Positions 53,695 to 63,330 of a stretch of DNA of 64,000 nt are shown here, piece after piece. Where the stretch lies: assembly GCA_949287225.1 (NCBI GenBank), contig CASEFP010000110.1, forward strand, positions 17,237 through 81,236. The letters are read 5' to 3'. How positions within the stretch are numbered: the first letter of the stretch is position 1; each line of letters opens with the position of its first letter. The notes beneath the pieces were generated by a model. The model had not been told where the DNA came from. It saw only the letters and a program-made list of their open reading frames with translations, and made no database searches. A program made the position numbers and the translations under genes. The stretch is from an uncultured Lentisphaeria bacterium (GTDB taxonomy: Bacteria > Verrucomicrobiota > Lentisphaeria > Victivallales > UBA1829).

Positions 53695-55266
53695 TCAGAT
53701 GCTTTTTGCAATCACATAAGTCGGCAGGCCGGAAACATCAAATTTCTTCAAAGTATTTTTTACTTCCGGATTCGTCATGTCCGTTGCGTCGAATTTTATA
53801 AAAATGAACTGCTTCAATTCATTCTGAACCGCAGGATCCCGGAACGTGGTCTGATCCATCGCCTTGCAGTTCTTGCACCATTCGGCATGAAAATCTATAA
53901 AGACAGATTTCCCTGTTTTCGCCGATTCCCGGAACGCGTTTGTCAGAGCATCCATATTTTTTTCGACGTTTTCACGACTTTCCGCAAGGGAAGCATAGAT
54001 TGTAATTCCCATATATCCATAGTAGAGTCCGACGATCATGATGATGATCCCGAACGCATACTTTACATATTTCATCCAGACGCCCGGTTTCGGCATGACG
54101 GAAAATCCAGCCGCCGCAATCGGCCACGGAAGTCCCATTCCGATGCCGAGCACAAACGGAAGAATCAGGCCGATATGTTCACCGGAATTGTACATTTTCG
54201 ACGCCTGAAGCAGGGCCGCCACCACCACCGGCGCAACACAGGCGCCCGCAAGAACCGCCGCAACGACACCCATCAGAAAAATGCCGATGATCTTTGCGCC
54301 GGACGGCATTTTGAATCCGGCGCCATAGCGGGAAAAGTCGAGCAGAAACACATCGAAAAGCGAGAGACCAAGCAGAAGAAAGATCACCGCGACAACCGCG
54401 TTGAACCACCAGGTAGAGTCGATCACGCCGAAGCTGGATCCGGTCAGCACCACGATCAATCCCAGAAGTCCGTAGGCCAGCGCGATGCCGAGTCCGTAGA
54501 CAAGTCCTTTGGACATGCTTGCAAGCCGGTGCTCTTTTCCCGTGTCCGCGCCGATGATCGCAAGATTGATCGGGATCATCGGCAGCACACAAGGCGTCAG
54601 GTTCAGAGCGATGCCGCCAAGGAACGTCAGAAGCAGAATCAGAAGAAAACTTTTGTCCGCAAAGCTCAGGAACATTGCGCCTTTTTCTCCTTTCAGGAAA
54701 GAAAGAAACAGATCCGAAGCCATGTATCCGGATTCCGTGCGGAGAATTTCAAACGCGGGAAAATCCGTTGATTTTTCTGCTGCTTCCGCCTCGGATGCAA
54801 CAACCTTTTTCTCCATCAGCGGAACCGGTGTATCGAACGGAACAGATTCCGAAAGCGTGTATTGCCTGTCTTCCGGGAAATAGCAGGTTGGCTCGGAATC
54901 TCCGGTTGCTTCGGAACAGCCCTGCCAGGAGAGTTTTAGTGTCAGCGGGAACTCATTTTGTCTGATCGGGAAAACCCATTGAAAATCAGATGCACCCCGG
55001 AAAACATCAATTTTTCCGAATATTTTATCTTCGTAAGAAATGGCGGCAGGTTTTTTCAGAGGGGACAACTCTTTCCCGTTGGAGAAAAGAGTAACTTTTG
55101 TGGCGTTTTCATACAGATAAAAATGTTCTTTTACGGAAACTGTTACGGTAAGTTCCGCCTGATGCAGAATATAAGACCATTGAAAGGCATTTTTCGCATC
55201 CGCGCCGGAAAGATGGAACAGAATACACAGAAATGAGAAGAAAAGAAGATTCCGCAATGTTTTCAT
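53695..55266 (-). CDS. dsbD: thiol:disulfide interchange protein DsbD
   Basis: Start at the internal ATG 55266 (RBS AAGGGGGA). The track's upstream extension runs into the repeat element. Signal peptide, N-terminal DsbD-alpha-like domain (WQGCSEATG...C), central TM domain with CVLPMIP and GACVAPV, C-terminal thioredoxin HAEWCKNCK. Confidence 0.9.
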   Translation of the reverse strand: MKTLRNLLFFSFLCILFHLSGADAKNAFQWSYILHQAELTVTVSVKEHFYLYENATKVTLFSNGKELSPLKKPAAISYEDKIFGKIDVFRGASDFQWVFPIRQNEFPLTLKLSWQGCSEATGDSEPTCYFPEDRQYTLSESVPFDTPVPLMEKKVVASEAEAAEKSTDFPAFEILRTESGYMASDLFLSFLKGEKGAMFLSFADKSFLLILLLTFLGGIALNLTPCVLPMIPINLAIIGADTGKEHRLASMSKGLVYGLGIALAYGLLGLIVVLTGSSFGVIDSTWWFNAVVAVIFLLLGLSLFDVFLLDFSRYGAGFKMPSGAKIIGIFLMGVVAAVLAGACVAPVVVAALLQASKMYNSGEHIGLILPFVLGIGMGLPWPIAAAGFSVMPKPGVWMKYVKYAFGIIIMIVGLYYGYMGITIYASLAESRENVEKNMDALTNAFRESAKTGKSVFIDFHAEWCKNCKAMDQTTFRDPAVQNELKQFIFIKFDATDMTNPEVKNTLKKFDVSGLPTYVIAKSI

Positions 55267-55289
55267 AATTTTCCCCCTTGTTAAAAAAA

Positions 55290-55415
55290 TAAAAATTGCG
55301 CACGAAGCCGCGCAAAAAAAATAATTTGCAAAGCAAATTATGATTCGTGCTCTCCTCTCAGTCCTGCCGCAATCCAGCTGCGTACGCTGGTCGCCATAGT
55401 CGAAATCTCTCCCCT
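55290..55415 (-). repeat. conserved intergenic element, copy 5 (-), with the same two trailing hairpin/T-tract modules as copy 2
   Basis: The reverse complement reads ...GGGGAGAGATTTCGACTATGGCGACCAGCGTACGCAGCTGGATTGCGGCAGGACTGAGAGGAGAGCACGAATCATAATTTGCTTTGCAAATTATTTTTTTTGCGCGGCTTCGTGCGCAATTTTT. The AGAGCACGAATCATAATTTGC..GCAAATTATTTTTT block is essentially identical to copy 2. Confidence 0.9.
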
Positions 55416-55488
55416 GGCGGCACTTCCACCCGCTAAAGGACGAGAAGCGCTTCTTCGAGAACCGCCGGTACACTGCATAACCTCGGGA

Positions 55489-55581
55489 ATAAGCCCGGAG
55501 CTCTCGTGGTCAGGTAGTATGAATGAGGCGAAAAAATGCTTACGCATTCTTTCGCCTCAATGGATAAGCCCGGAGCTCTCG
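55489..55581. repeat. 18-nt direct repeat ATAAGCCCGGAGCTCTCG x2 flanking a 12-bp-stem hairpin
   Basis: Copies at 55489-55506 and 55564-55581, a 75-nt period. Between them lies GAGGCGAAA(A)AATGC-TTAC-GCATTCTTTCGCCTC. Further hairpins GAACTTTTCC-GAT-GGAAAAGTTC and GAGCGG-TCTGAA-CCGCTC follow. Confidence 0.85.
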
Positions 55582-55633
55582 AACTTTTCCGATGGAAAAG
55601 TTCTCGTCACTGAGCGGTCTGAACCGCTCCGGG

Positions 55634-55728
55634 CGGGGGATTTCGCACTTCGTGCGACCAGCTTACGCAGCTGGACCGCGCAAGGGTCAGTGACCCTTGA
55701 CCCCGAGAAGAATGCATGCGCATTCTTC
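55634..55728 (+). repeat. conserved intergenic element, copy 6 (+), inverted relative to copy 5
   Basis: GGGGGATTTCGCACTTCGTGCGACCAGCTTACGCAGCTGGACCGCG. Core hairpin at 55658-55674. Followed by hairpins CAAGGGTCA-G-TGACCCTTG and GAAGAATGC-ATGC-GCATTCTTC. Confidence 0.85.
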
Positions 55729-55732
55729 CGTT

Positions 55733-55776
55733 AAAAAAATCCCCGCTTGCACGGAGTTTCCGGCGGAAGCGGGGAT
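55733..55776 (-). terminator. intrinsic terminator after the Gfo/Idh/MocA gene
   Basis: On the minus strand: ATCCCCGCTT...AAGCGGGGAT, a 10-bp stem (55739-55776), followed by T7 (complement of 55733-55739). Begins about 23 nt after the stop. Confidence 0.75.
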
Positions 55777-55798
55777 TTCAGTCATCAAGTGTAAAAAA

Positions 55799-56965
55799 TT
55801 ACTTCTTCACCTGATTGTTATCAAAGTATTCGATGATTTCCTTAGGAAGCGGCGGAATATCCTGGCGGTTGCACCCGTGGCGCATGGAGTAATGTCCGAG
55901 CACGCCGGTCGCAACAGAGTTGCGCGCGGCAATCGGAGAGGTGTTCGTCTTGGCCCCGTGCATGACAAAGTCAAGGAAGTTGTCAACGATCGGGCCGTCC
56001 GCGCCGCCATGTCCGCCGACAGCGGGTTTCACATGATAGATGATGTCCGGCGTGGAACGCGGTCCGCGCCGTGTCCAGACATGCACGTAGCAGTCACCGC
56101 TGTCACCGATATTCTCGACTCTGCCTTTTGTCCCGATGAAGGTGTAGTTGCGTTCGGCGTCCGGCGCATAATGGCACTGCATATAAGTTGCTTGAGCACC
56201 GTTCTCCATCTGCATCATGATCATGTTGTGGTCCTCGACGTCGATGATCGGGGAGAACCCTGTCTGTTCCAGCGGCGGATACTGTGAAACATCCCATTTT
56301 GCGCATCCGGGAGTTTCAGGCGAACGGCGTCCGCATTTATCGTAAACGGAGAGCATGCCCATGCCGACGACGGACTTGGTGTAAGTTCCCATCAGCCAGT
56401 GCATGACGTCGATGTCATGCGCGCCCTTCTGGAGGAGAAGGCCGTTGGAGTAGCGCTGTTCGGAGTGCCAGTCGCGGAAGTAGGCGTCGCCTCCGTAACC
56501 GACGAAATGGCGTGTCCAGCCGACCTGGATGTCGCCGATGATGCCGGACCGGATGATTTCACGCATCTTGAGCACGACCGGGAAGTGGCGCATGTTGTGT
56601 CCGATGAAGAGCTTGGAACCGGTTTCCATCGCGGTTCTGAGGATGCGGTCGCAGCCTTCGATCGTGATTGCCATTGGTTTTTCCAGATAGATCGCCTTGC
56701 CCGCTTTGAGGGCATCGACAGCCATCTCTTCATGCAGATAATCGGGAGTGGAAATGAAAACGGCGCCGATTTCATCCATTTTCAGCAGTTCGCGGTAGTC
56801 CTCAAAGACCTTGGCTTCGGGGAATTTTTCCTTGAATTCCTCGCGCGCCGCCGGTGCGATGTCGGCGCCCGCGACGATCGTGACACCTTTTTCCGGCTGA
56901 TGAGCCTGCCATCCATTGTGTCCACGTCCACCTGTCGCGATGAGTCCCACTTTCAATGTTTCCAT
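55799..56965 (-). CDS. Gfo/Idh/MocA-family NAD(P)-dependent oxidoreductase
   Basis: 388 aa. N-terminal LKVGLIATGGRG Rossmann motif, EKP motif (YLEKPMA), C-terminal alpha/beta domain. Substrate unknown. Confidence 0.85.
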   Translation of the reverse strand: METLKVGLIATGGRGHNGWQAHQPEKGVTIVAGADIAPAAREEFKEKFPEAKVFEDYRELLKMDEIGAVFISTPDYLHEEMAVDALKAGKAIYLEKPMAITIEGCDRILRTAMETGSKLFIGHNMRHFPVVLKMREIIRSGIIGDIQVGWTRHFVGYGGDAYFRDWHSEQRYSNGLLLQKGAHDIDVMHWLMGTYTKSVVGMGMLSVYDKCGRRSPETPGCAKWDVSQYPPLEQTGFSPIIDVEDHNMIMMQMENGAQATYMQCHYAPDAERNYTFIGTKGRVENIGDSGDCYVHVWTRRGPRSTPDIIYHVKPAVGGHGGADGPIVDNFLDFVMHGAKTNTSPIAARNSVATGVLGHYSMRHGCNRQDIPPLPKEIIEYFDNNQVKK

Positions 56966-57000
56966 TCCAAAAACTCCTTTGAAATAAGTTGGTTGGTTGA

Positions 57001-57029
57001 TTGCTTTTTTCCCTCATCTGTGATATAAT
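57001..57029 (+). promoter_or_regulatory. sigma70-like promoter with extended -10 for the AraC-family gene
   Basis: TTGCTT (57001-57006), 17-nt spacer, TGA-TATAAT (-10 at 57024-57029), in an AT-rich divergent region. Confidence 0.5.
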
Positions 57030-57116
57030 GTAGTATCTTTATGGGAAACATCAAATGAAAAGATGGATTTATCCCGTTAAATTCCATGAATAAAATAACA
57101 CAAAGGATGAATAATC

Positions 57117-57983
57117 TTGACTGAAACACCATCAATTCCGTTGGATAAGGCATTCCCTTTCCAGTTCTTTGCCGCGACTACCGCCTCCGCGAACAGCCGG
57201 ACGGGAAGCATCACACGCAAAGATTATGAACTCTGCACCGTGGAATATGTGCTTTCCGGTGCCGGCGGACTTGAAATCAATGGACACTCTTTCCGTCCGG
57301 AAAAGGACAGCGTTTATGTGCTTGCAAGGCACAGCACGCATACCTACTGGCCGGACCGGGCTGATCCATGGCAGAAACTTTTTTTTGTCATCAGTGGTGA
57401 CATGATGCATTATCTTTTCCGTGCGTATGCAATGGAGGAAGTCTATTATATTCCAAATTGTCCCGGCTTGAAGCGTCATTTTGAAGCAATGCTGGCACTC
57501 AATCAGAATGCGCCCGATACGAATTCCCGCGCCGCACTGATTTTTCACCAGTTCATCGAGGAGGCCGCACGCATCGTCTACGGGATGAGTGCCGAACTGC
57601 CGCCGGAAGTGGAACAGCTGAAAAATGCACTCGATGAATCGCTTGAATCCGGATTCAATCTGGAGAGCTGCGCCGCGGAACTGGGATTTTCCGAGGCGCA
57701 TCTGATCCGCTCTTTCCGCCGCGCCTTTCATACGACTCCGTATGAGTATCTGATGAACCGGAAAATCGAAACAGCCAAACGCCTGCTGCTCTATTCGCGT
57801 CTTTCTGTCAAGGAGATTGCCGCGCAGCTTTCTTTTTCCGACCAGTATTACTTTTCCAATTATTTCAAGCGGAAAACCGGTTCCGCGCCGCGCGCCTACC
57901 GCGGCCGTTTCCCGCATCCGAATCCTCCGCCTGCGGACACGGGAAAAAAAGCGGAACCTTACCGCCCCTGTCCGGAGTTCTGA
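57117..57983 (+). CDS. AraC-family transcriptional regulator (cupin sensor + HTH)
   Basis: 288 aa, apparent TTG start (no in-frame ATG nearby; AAGGA 10 nt upstream). C-terminal HTH_18-type strings: GFSEAHLIRSFRRAFHTTPYEYLMNRKIETAKRLL...SVKEIAAQLSFSDQYYFSNYFKRKTGSAPRAYR. Confidence 0.85.
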   Translation: MTETPSIPLDKAFPFQFFAATTASANSRTGSITRKDYELCTVEYVLSGAGGLEINGHSFRPEKDSVYVLARHSTHTYWPDRADPWQKLFFVISGDMMHYLFRAYAMEEVYYIPNCPGLKRHFEAMLALNQNAPDTNSRAALIFHQFIEEAARIVYGMSAELPPEVEQLKNALDESLESGFNLESCAAELGFSEAHLIRSFRRAFHTTPYEYLMNRKIETAKRLLLYSRLSVKEIAAQLSFSDQYYFSNYFKRKTGSAPRAYRGRFPHPNPPPADTGKKAEPYRPCPEF

Positions 57984-58023
57984 GGCTTCGCACGACTTTT
58001 TTCCTGAAAGCTCTTTTTTCCTC

Positions 58024-58051
58024 TTGACAAACGCTCCCTCACATTTATATT
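58024..58051 (+). promoter_or_regulatory. sigma70-like promoter of the DUF1549/DUF1501 operon
   Basis: TTGACA (58024-58029), 16-nt spacer, TATATT (58046-58051). About 190-nt leader to the ATG at 58245. Confidence 0.55.
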
Positions 58052-58244
58052 TGCATTCAGGCGGCTTTGATGAGAGAGTGCAAGCGGAAAGAGAGTTCAG
58101 GAAAATGAACAGCGTTTCACTCGTGATTCGAAAATACGGCGCGGATCAACGCTCCGCGCTGTCTCCTGTCCGTTTTTCCGGACGAATCCGCATTTCTTTG
58201 TCCGATGATTCATCTATGCAAAATACAACGGAGGGTTTCTGACG

Positions 58245-59837
58245 ATGCGCTTCATCTGTTTGCTGTCGGGATTTCTGCTGCTGACCGTCACTCTGGAGGG
58301 TGCTTCTCCCTTCGAGGGCGGAACGAAGCCGGACCCGGACCGGAAGATCAATACCATTCTCCGGGAGGGATGGAAAAAAGCGGATCTCGCGCCGCCTGAA
58401 ACCGCTTCGGACGCGGTGTTCCTGCGCCGGGTCTACCTGACTGTCGCGGGACGGATTCCCACCATCGCCGAGGCGAGGCGTTTCCTGCGCGACAAATCAA
58501 AGGACAAACGCGAAAAACTCATCGACACTCTGCTCGATTCGGACAGTTACGGCGACCTCCTCGCCATGCGTTTCGCCGACATGCTCCGGATCAAATCCGA
58601 ATTTCCGATCAACCTCTGGCCCAACGGCGTGCAGGCGTGGCACCATCAGATCCGCGCCGAACTCCTTGCGGACCGCTCCTACCGCGACATGGTGCGCGAC
58701 ATGCTGACCGCCTCGGGGAGCAATTTCCGCGTTCCGCACGCAAATTTCTTCCGCGCCTCCGCCGAGCGCTCTCCGCTTGGCCTGGCCAAGGCTGCGGCGC
58801 TGACTTTCCTCTGTGTCCGGCTTGAAAATCTTCCCGAGGACGATCAGAAGGCATTTGCGGAGTTCTTTTCGCGCATCCGCTACAAGAGCACCTATGAATG
58901 GAAGGAGGAGATCGTCTACACCGATTATCATCCCGCACGCGTCAGAGCCCGCGCGCCTGACGGCGAGACGTTCACGATCGACGCGCCGGACACAGATCCC
59001 CGCCAGGTGTTTGCCGACTGGCTTCTGAAGGAGGACAATCCCTATTTTGCACGGGCGGCGGTCAACCGCGTCTGGCACTGGATTTTCGGGCGCGGCATCA
59101 TGCCGGACACGGACAACCTTGCGCTGCTTCCCTCGTTCTGGTCGCGCGTCTGGAACCTTTTCGGCGCGGTGGACGACGGCAATGCACCTTTCAATCCGGA
59201 GCTTCTCGCTTATCTGGAGAACGAGTTCCGCTCCTCCAATTACAGCTTCAAACATCTTTACCGCACGATCCTGAATTCCGAAGCCTTTCAGGCGAGTTCC
59301 ATGAATACCGACCCGAAGGCTGTCGCGCATTTCGCCTCGTATCCGGTCCGGCGTCTGGATTCCGAAATCCTGATCGACGCGCTTGCGGATGCCAGCGGCG
59401 GCTATGACCGCTACATGAGCGTGATTCCCGAACCGTTCACTTTCCTTCCTCCTGCGACGCGTGCCGTCACGATTGCCGACGGAAGCATTTCCTCAGGCGT
59501 GCTGGACAGTTTCGGCCGTCCGCCGCGCGACTCCGGGCGTTACAGCGAGCGCAACGCGCTCAGCACCGAGTCCCAGCGCCTTTATCTTCTGAATTCGGGG
59601 ATGCTCTTTCGGCGTTTTTCAAGTCTCCCCGGCAAAGTTTTCGGACGGAAGCGGATCAATGACCGGGAACGTCTGAATCTCCTCTATCTGCGGATGCTTT
59701 CACGCTTTCCGACGAAGGAGGAGTTTCAGATTTTCGACAAATATCGCAAAATGTTCGCCCCCCGGCAGCGCTACCGCGTCTGGTCCGATGTCGCCTGGGT
59801 GCTGGCGAATTCCAAGGAATTTCTTTATTACCACTGA
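58245..59837 (+). CDS. DUF1549 + DUF1553 domain protein (no N-terminal cytochrome-like domain)
   Basis: 530 aa. Signal peptide MRFICLLSGFLLLTV. DUF1549-type FLRRVYLTVAGRIPTIAEARRFL...DKREKLIDTLL. DUF1553-type C-terminus ...WVLANSKEFLYYH. Confidence 0.85.
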   Translation: MRFICLLSGFLLLTVTLEGASPFEGGTKPDPDRKINTILREGWKKADLAPPETASDAVFLRRVYLTVAGRIPTIAEARRFLRDKSKDKREKLIDTLLDSDSYGDLLAMRFADMLRIKSEFPINLWPNGVQAWHHQIRAELLADRSYRDMVRDMLTASGSNFRVPHANFFRASAERSPLGLAKAAALTFLCVRLENLPEDDQKAFAEFFSRIRYKSTYEWKEEIVYTDYHPARVRARAPDGETFTIDAPDTDPRQVFADWLLKEDNPYFARAAVNRVWHWIFGRGIMPDTDNLALLPSFWSRVWNLFGAVDDGNAPFNPELLAYLENEFRSSNYSFKHLYRTILNSEAFQASSMNTDPKAVAHFASYPVRRLDSEILIDALADASGGYDRYMSVIPEPFTFLPPATRAVTIADGSISSGVLDSFGRPPRDSGRYSERNALSTESQRLYLLNSGMLFRRFSSLPGKVFGRKRINDRERLNLLYLRMLSRFPTKEEFQIFDKYRKMFAPRQRYRVWSDVAWVLANSKEFLYYH

Positions 59838-59848
59838 GAGGAGCGCAT

Positions 59849-61177
59849 ATGGACAGACGGGATTTCTTGAAAACAATGGCGCTGCTTGCCGCATGGGGCG
59901 CGGCGGACAGAATCGCCGGGAACGCCTTCGGCGCTTCTCCTGCGCAGGGCGCGGCGAAAAAAGGTCCGGGCGTGCGCTCCGTAATCGAACTGTGGATCTG
60001 GGGCGGCCCCTCGCATCTTGAGACGTTCGACCCGAAACCGAACGCAGGGCAGGCCTACAACGGCGGTTACGGGGACATTCCGACGAATGTTCCGGGCATC
60101 CGGATCAGCGAATTCCTGCCGAAGCTCGCGCAGCAGATGGACAAGTTTTCGATCATCCGCAGCATGTGCCACGGCACCAACGCCCACGAGACCGCCACCT
60201 ATCTGATGCAGACCGGGCGCATGCCCGGCGACGGCATCACCTATCCGGCGATCGGCGCGGTGATCGCGATGTTCAAAAGCCGCACCTACAAGGGAAAACT
60301 GCCTCCCTATATCGCGCTGACCACGAACAAGGGGCGCTTTTCCGAAAACGGATTCCTCAGCGACAGATACAAACCCCTCGCGACAGGTTCGAATCCGAAT
60401 GCAGCGAAGTTCCAGGTGGACGGCTTCGTTCCGCCAGGAAACGTGACGCCGGAACAGATCAGGAACCGTCTCCGCTTCGCATCGGATCTCGATACGTTCG
60501 GGCATGCGCTGGCCGGGTGTCCTGAGCTGATCGCCTTTGAAAAATCCGGCGAACAGGCGCAGGCGGTCATCAACGGCGACGACGCAAAGGCGTTCGACCT
60601 GAATCTCGAACCGAAGGAAATGCGTGAGCGTTACGGACGCAACACCTTCGGACAGTGCTGTCTTGCCGCGCGCCGTCTTGTCGAGGCGGGCGTGCCTTAC
60701 ATCACCATCAATGCGCAGGGATGGGACACCCACAAGAAACATTTCGAGTCGATGAAAAAACTCGGTCCGGAGATGGATCAGGGCTTTGCCGCGCTGCTTT
60801 CCGATCTGAGTGAAAGAAAGCTTCTTGATTCAACATTGATCTGGTGCACCGGCGAATTCGGACGCACCCCCCGCGTCGATTACGGCGAACCCTGGAACGG
60901 CGGGCGCAATCACTTCTGCAGCTGTTTCAGCACGGTTGTGGCGGGCGGCGGTTTCGCCGGCGGACGTGTCCTCGGCGCCTCCGATGAACGCGGGGAACGG
61001 CCGGTGGAACGGCCTGTGAGTCCGGTCGATCTTCTCTGGAGCATTTACGAACTTGCCGGAATCGACCCCGCGGGGAAACTGCCCAATCCGCGCGGTCTGG
61101 ATCTGACCATTCTTCCGCCGGACGGAGGAAAGACTAAAATCAAAGAGCTTTACAAAAATCCGGAGGGGAAGGCATGA
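59849..61177 (+). CDS. DUF1501 (sulfatase/alkaline-phosphatase-fold) protein with Tat signal
   Basis: 442 aa. MDRRDFLKTMALLAAWGAA twin-arginine-type leader. GGPSHLETFDPKP, GWDTH, GEFGRTP: the usual DUF1501 strings, and the usual partner of DUF1549/1553 genes. Confidence 0.88.
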   Translation: MDRRDFLKTMALLAAWGAADRIAGNAFGASPAQGAAKKGPGVRSVIELWIWGGPSHLETFDPKPNAGQAYNGGYGDIPTNVPGIRISEFLPKLAQQMDKFSIIRSMCHGTNAHETATYLMQTGRMPGDGITYPAIGAVIAMFKSRTYKGKLPPYIALTTNKGRFSENGFLSDRYKPLATGSNPNAAKFQVDGFVPPGNVTPEQIRNRLRFASDLDTFGHALAGCPELIAFEKSGEQAQAVINGDDAKAFDLNLEPKEMRERYGRNTFGQCCLAARRLVEAGVPYITINAQGWDTHKKHFESMKKLGPEMDQGFAALLSDLSERKLLDSTLIWCTGEFGRTPRVDYGEPWNGGRNHFCSCFSTVVAGGGFAGGRVLGASDERGERPVERPVSPVDLLWSIYELAGIDPAGKLPNPRGLDLTILPPDGGKTKIKELYKNPEGKA

Positions 61178-63330
61178 AAACACTTTTGAGTATTCTCTTC
61201 TGCGCCGTGACGTTCGGCGTATCCGCCGTTCATATCGGCTATCTGATGCCGTCCGGCGGACAGCGCGGAAAGACCGTGGAACTGATTGTCGGCGGACAGC
61301 AGTTCTGGGGACTGAGCGGCGCGATTGTCTCCGGAAGCGGCGTGACCGTCGAGTCTGTCGAATTCGTGCGCGGGTTCCCCTATCCGCCCTGGAAACAGCG
61401 GCAGTATCTCAAGAAATGGCTGGACGGCATCGAACAGGGATGCACCGGGCGGCCTGCTCTGCCGGACAATACCGAAGGGTGGGTTACCCACTACTACTGG
61501 GAACGTCTGGACGACCTGACTCCCCTGGAGCGAGAGCTTACGCTCCGTTTCCTCTATGTGCCGCGCAATCCGCTGCAGATGAGCCCCGCGATCGCGAGCT
61601 CCGCGATTGTCCGGCTCCGGATTGCACCGGATGCGAAAGCGGGCGAGCGCGAGTTCCGTCTTCTCGGAAGCGGGAGGATCAGCAACCCGCTGCGTTTTTT
61701 CGTGGACACGCTTCCGGAATACCGCGAGCCGTTCTTTCCGCTTCCGCCGAAGAAGCCCGAACCGGGCGCTTTTGCCGTGCCGGGCGTCCTGAACGGGCAG
61801 ATCATGCCGGGCGAAACGGATTCTTACAAATTCACGGCAAAAAAAGGCGAAACGATCACGTTCACGATGACTGCGCGCTATCTGATGCCGTTCATCGGCG
61901 ACGGCGTCCCCGGGCATTTTCAGGCTGTGCTTGAGGTGGTCGATGGGAAGGGAAAATCGCTGGCGTTCGCGGATGACCGTTATTTTGACCCCGATCCCGT
62001 GCTCTGTTTCCGCGCGCCCGCCGACGGAGAATACACGCTCCGTGTCCGCGACGCCCTTTACCGGGGACGCGAGGATTTCGTCTACCGGATCCGCGCTGTC
62101 CGGGGGGTGCCGCGCCGCTACGCGCTGGATGCTCCTCCCGCATTTCCCGGCGTGAAATGTTTGCGGAGCGAATCGCTGAAAAAGGATAAGCCCGTGGCAC
62201 ATCCCGTCATGATCCGCGGCGTTCTGGCGCAGGGGGCGAAGGATGATTACCGCTTTGAAGCGAAGAAGGGCGAACGCGTTATTCTGGAGATTTTTGCGCG
62301 CCGCCTGAAATCGCCGCTCGACTCGCTGCTTCAGGTGCTGGACGGGAAAGAGAATATTCTTGCCGTCAACGACGACTGCGAGCGTCTGAAGGCCGGTCTC
62401 ATTCTGCACGGCGCGGCGGACTCGTATCTTGATTTCACTGTTCCCGCTGACGGCTGTTACACGGTGCGCGTTTCGGACACCACCGGGATCGGCGGAAAGG
62501 ATTACGTCTATTATCTCCGGATCGACCATGCGCGTCCGCGCTTCACGCTCTATTCGATTCCGTCTGCACTGGAGGTTCCGATGATCGGGGCCGAACCTCT
62601 GACGCTGGTGGTGGATCGGCACGACGGATTCACCGGAGAGATTGCGCTGAAACTCGCGAATGCCGGTGATTACATTTTGAACGGCGTGAAAAGCATTCCC
62701 GCGAACTGCGACCGCGCCGTTGTCACGATCACGACGAAACCGAACGGAAAGAACAAACCGCGTCCGCTGAAGATCGAGGCTTCCGGCGGCGGATTCCGGA
62801 CGGAGGCGATCCCCGGCGACGAGGCGATGCAGGCGTTCGCCTACACGCACATCGTCCCTGCGGAACAGATGCTTGTGACCAAACGCTGGAAATACGGCGG
62901 CGCGGAAAAGTTCTCCTGGGCGTCGAAGAATCCCGCTGCAACGTTCGCGCTTCCGAAAGGAAAGAGCGCTTCCGGCGATGCACGTCCGGAAGTGAAGCTG
63001 GTGCTCAACGTGAATCCGTGGCGCTTCCCCGCCGATGCCGAGGCGAGTCTGGAAATCATTGACCCGCCGGACTGGATCAAGGTGGTGCCGACCGGGGCGT
63101 CCGCCGCGAAGCCCGGACAGATTGTTTCGCCGGAAAACCGCCGGAAGATGAAGCTGTATCCGCTCACATTGACGCTCGCGCGGGAAAAGAGCGGAAAGGG
63201 AAAGAGTGTCAACCAGCTTTTCAAAGCGGTTTACAAATACAACAGCAGGCCCGATAAAGAGGGCAGAATCAGACGCATTACTTCGGAGATCATTCTTCCC
63301 GCGGTAAGGCTGGAAGGAGGTTCGCTCTAA
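61174..63330 (+). CDS. secreted hypothetical protein with two PPC (pre-peptidase C-terminal)-like beta-sandwich domains
   Basis: 718 aa. Signal peptide MKTLLSILFCAVTFGVSA. Two PPC-like segments (GETDSYKFTAKKGETITFTM...EYTLRVRD and GAKDDYRFEAKKGERVILEIF...CYTVRVSD). The start overlaps the DUF1501 stop by 4 nt. Confidence 0.8.
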   Translation: MKTLLSILFCAVTFGVSAVHIGYLMPSGGQRGKTVELIVGGQQFWGLSGAIVSGSGVTVESVEFVRGFPYPPWKQRQYLKKWLDGIEQGCTGRPALPDNTEGWVTHYYWERLDDLTPLERELTLRFLYVPRNPLQMSPAIASSAIVRLRIAPDAKAGEREFRLLGSGRISNPLRFFVDTLPEYREPFFPLPPKKPEPGAFAVPGVLNGQIMPGETDSYKFTAKKGETITFTMTARYLMPFIGDGVPGHFQAVLEVVDGKGKSLAFADDRYFDPDPVLCFRAPADGEYTLRVRDALYRGREDFVYRIRAVRGVPRRYALDAPPAFPGVKCLRSESLKKDKPVAHPVMIRGVLAQGAKDDYRFEAKKGERVILEIFARRLKSPLDSLLQVLDGKENILAVNDDCERLKAGLILHGAADSYLDFTVPADGCYTVRVSDTTGIGGKDYVYYLRIDHARPRFTLYSIPSALEVPMIGAEPLTLVVDRHDGFTGEIALKLANAGDYILNGVKSIPANCDRAVVTITTKPNGKNKPRPLKIEASGGGFRTEAIPGDEAMQAFAYTHIVPAEQMLVTKRWKYGGAEKFSWASKNPAATFALPKGKSASGDARPEVKLVLNVNPWRFPADAEASLEIIDPPDWIKVVPTGASAAKPGQIVSPENRRKMKLYPLTLTLAREKSGKGKSVNQLFKAVYKYNSRPDKEGRIRRITSEIILPAVRLEGGSL

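Noticed and set aside
61150-62850. 566-aa minus-strand ORF (similar cases at 34576..36246, 31476..32690, 22420..23643, 23962..24969, 13149..14309, 8213..9418, 36471..37760, 40099..41145 and 53563..54771)
   Set aside because: Each is antisense to a gene with a signal peptide or family motifs and lacks any motif of its own. All are treated as GC-driven shadow ORFs.
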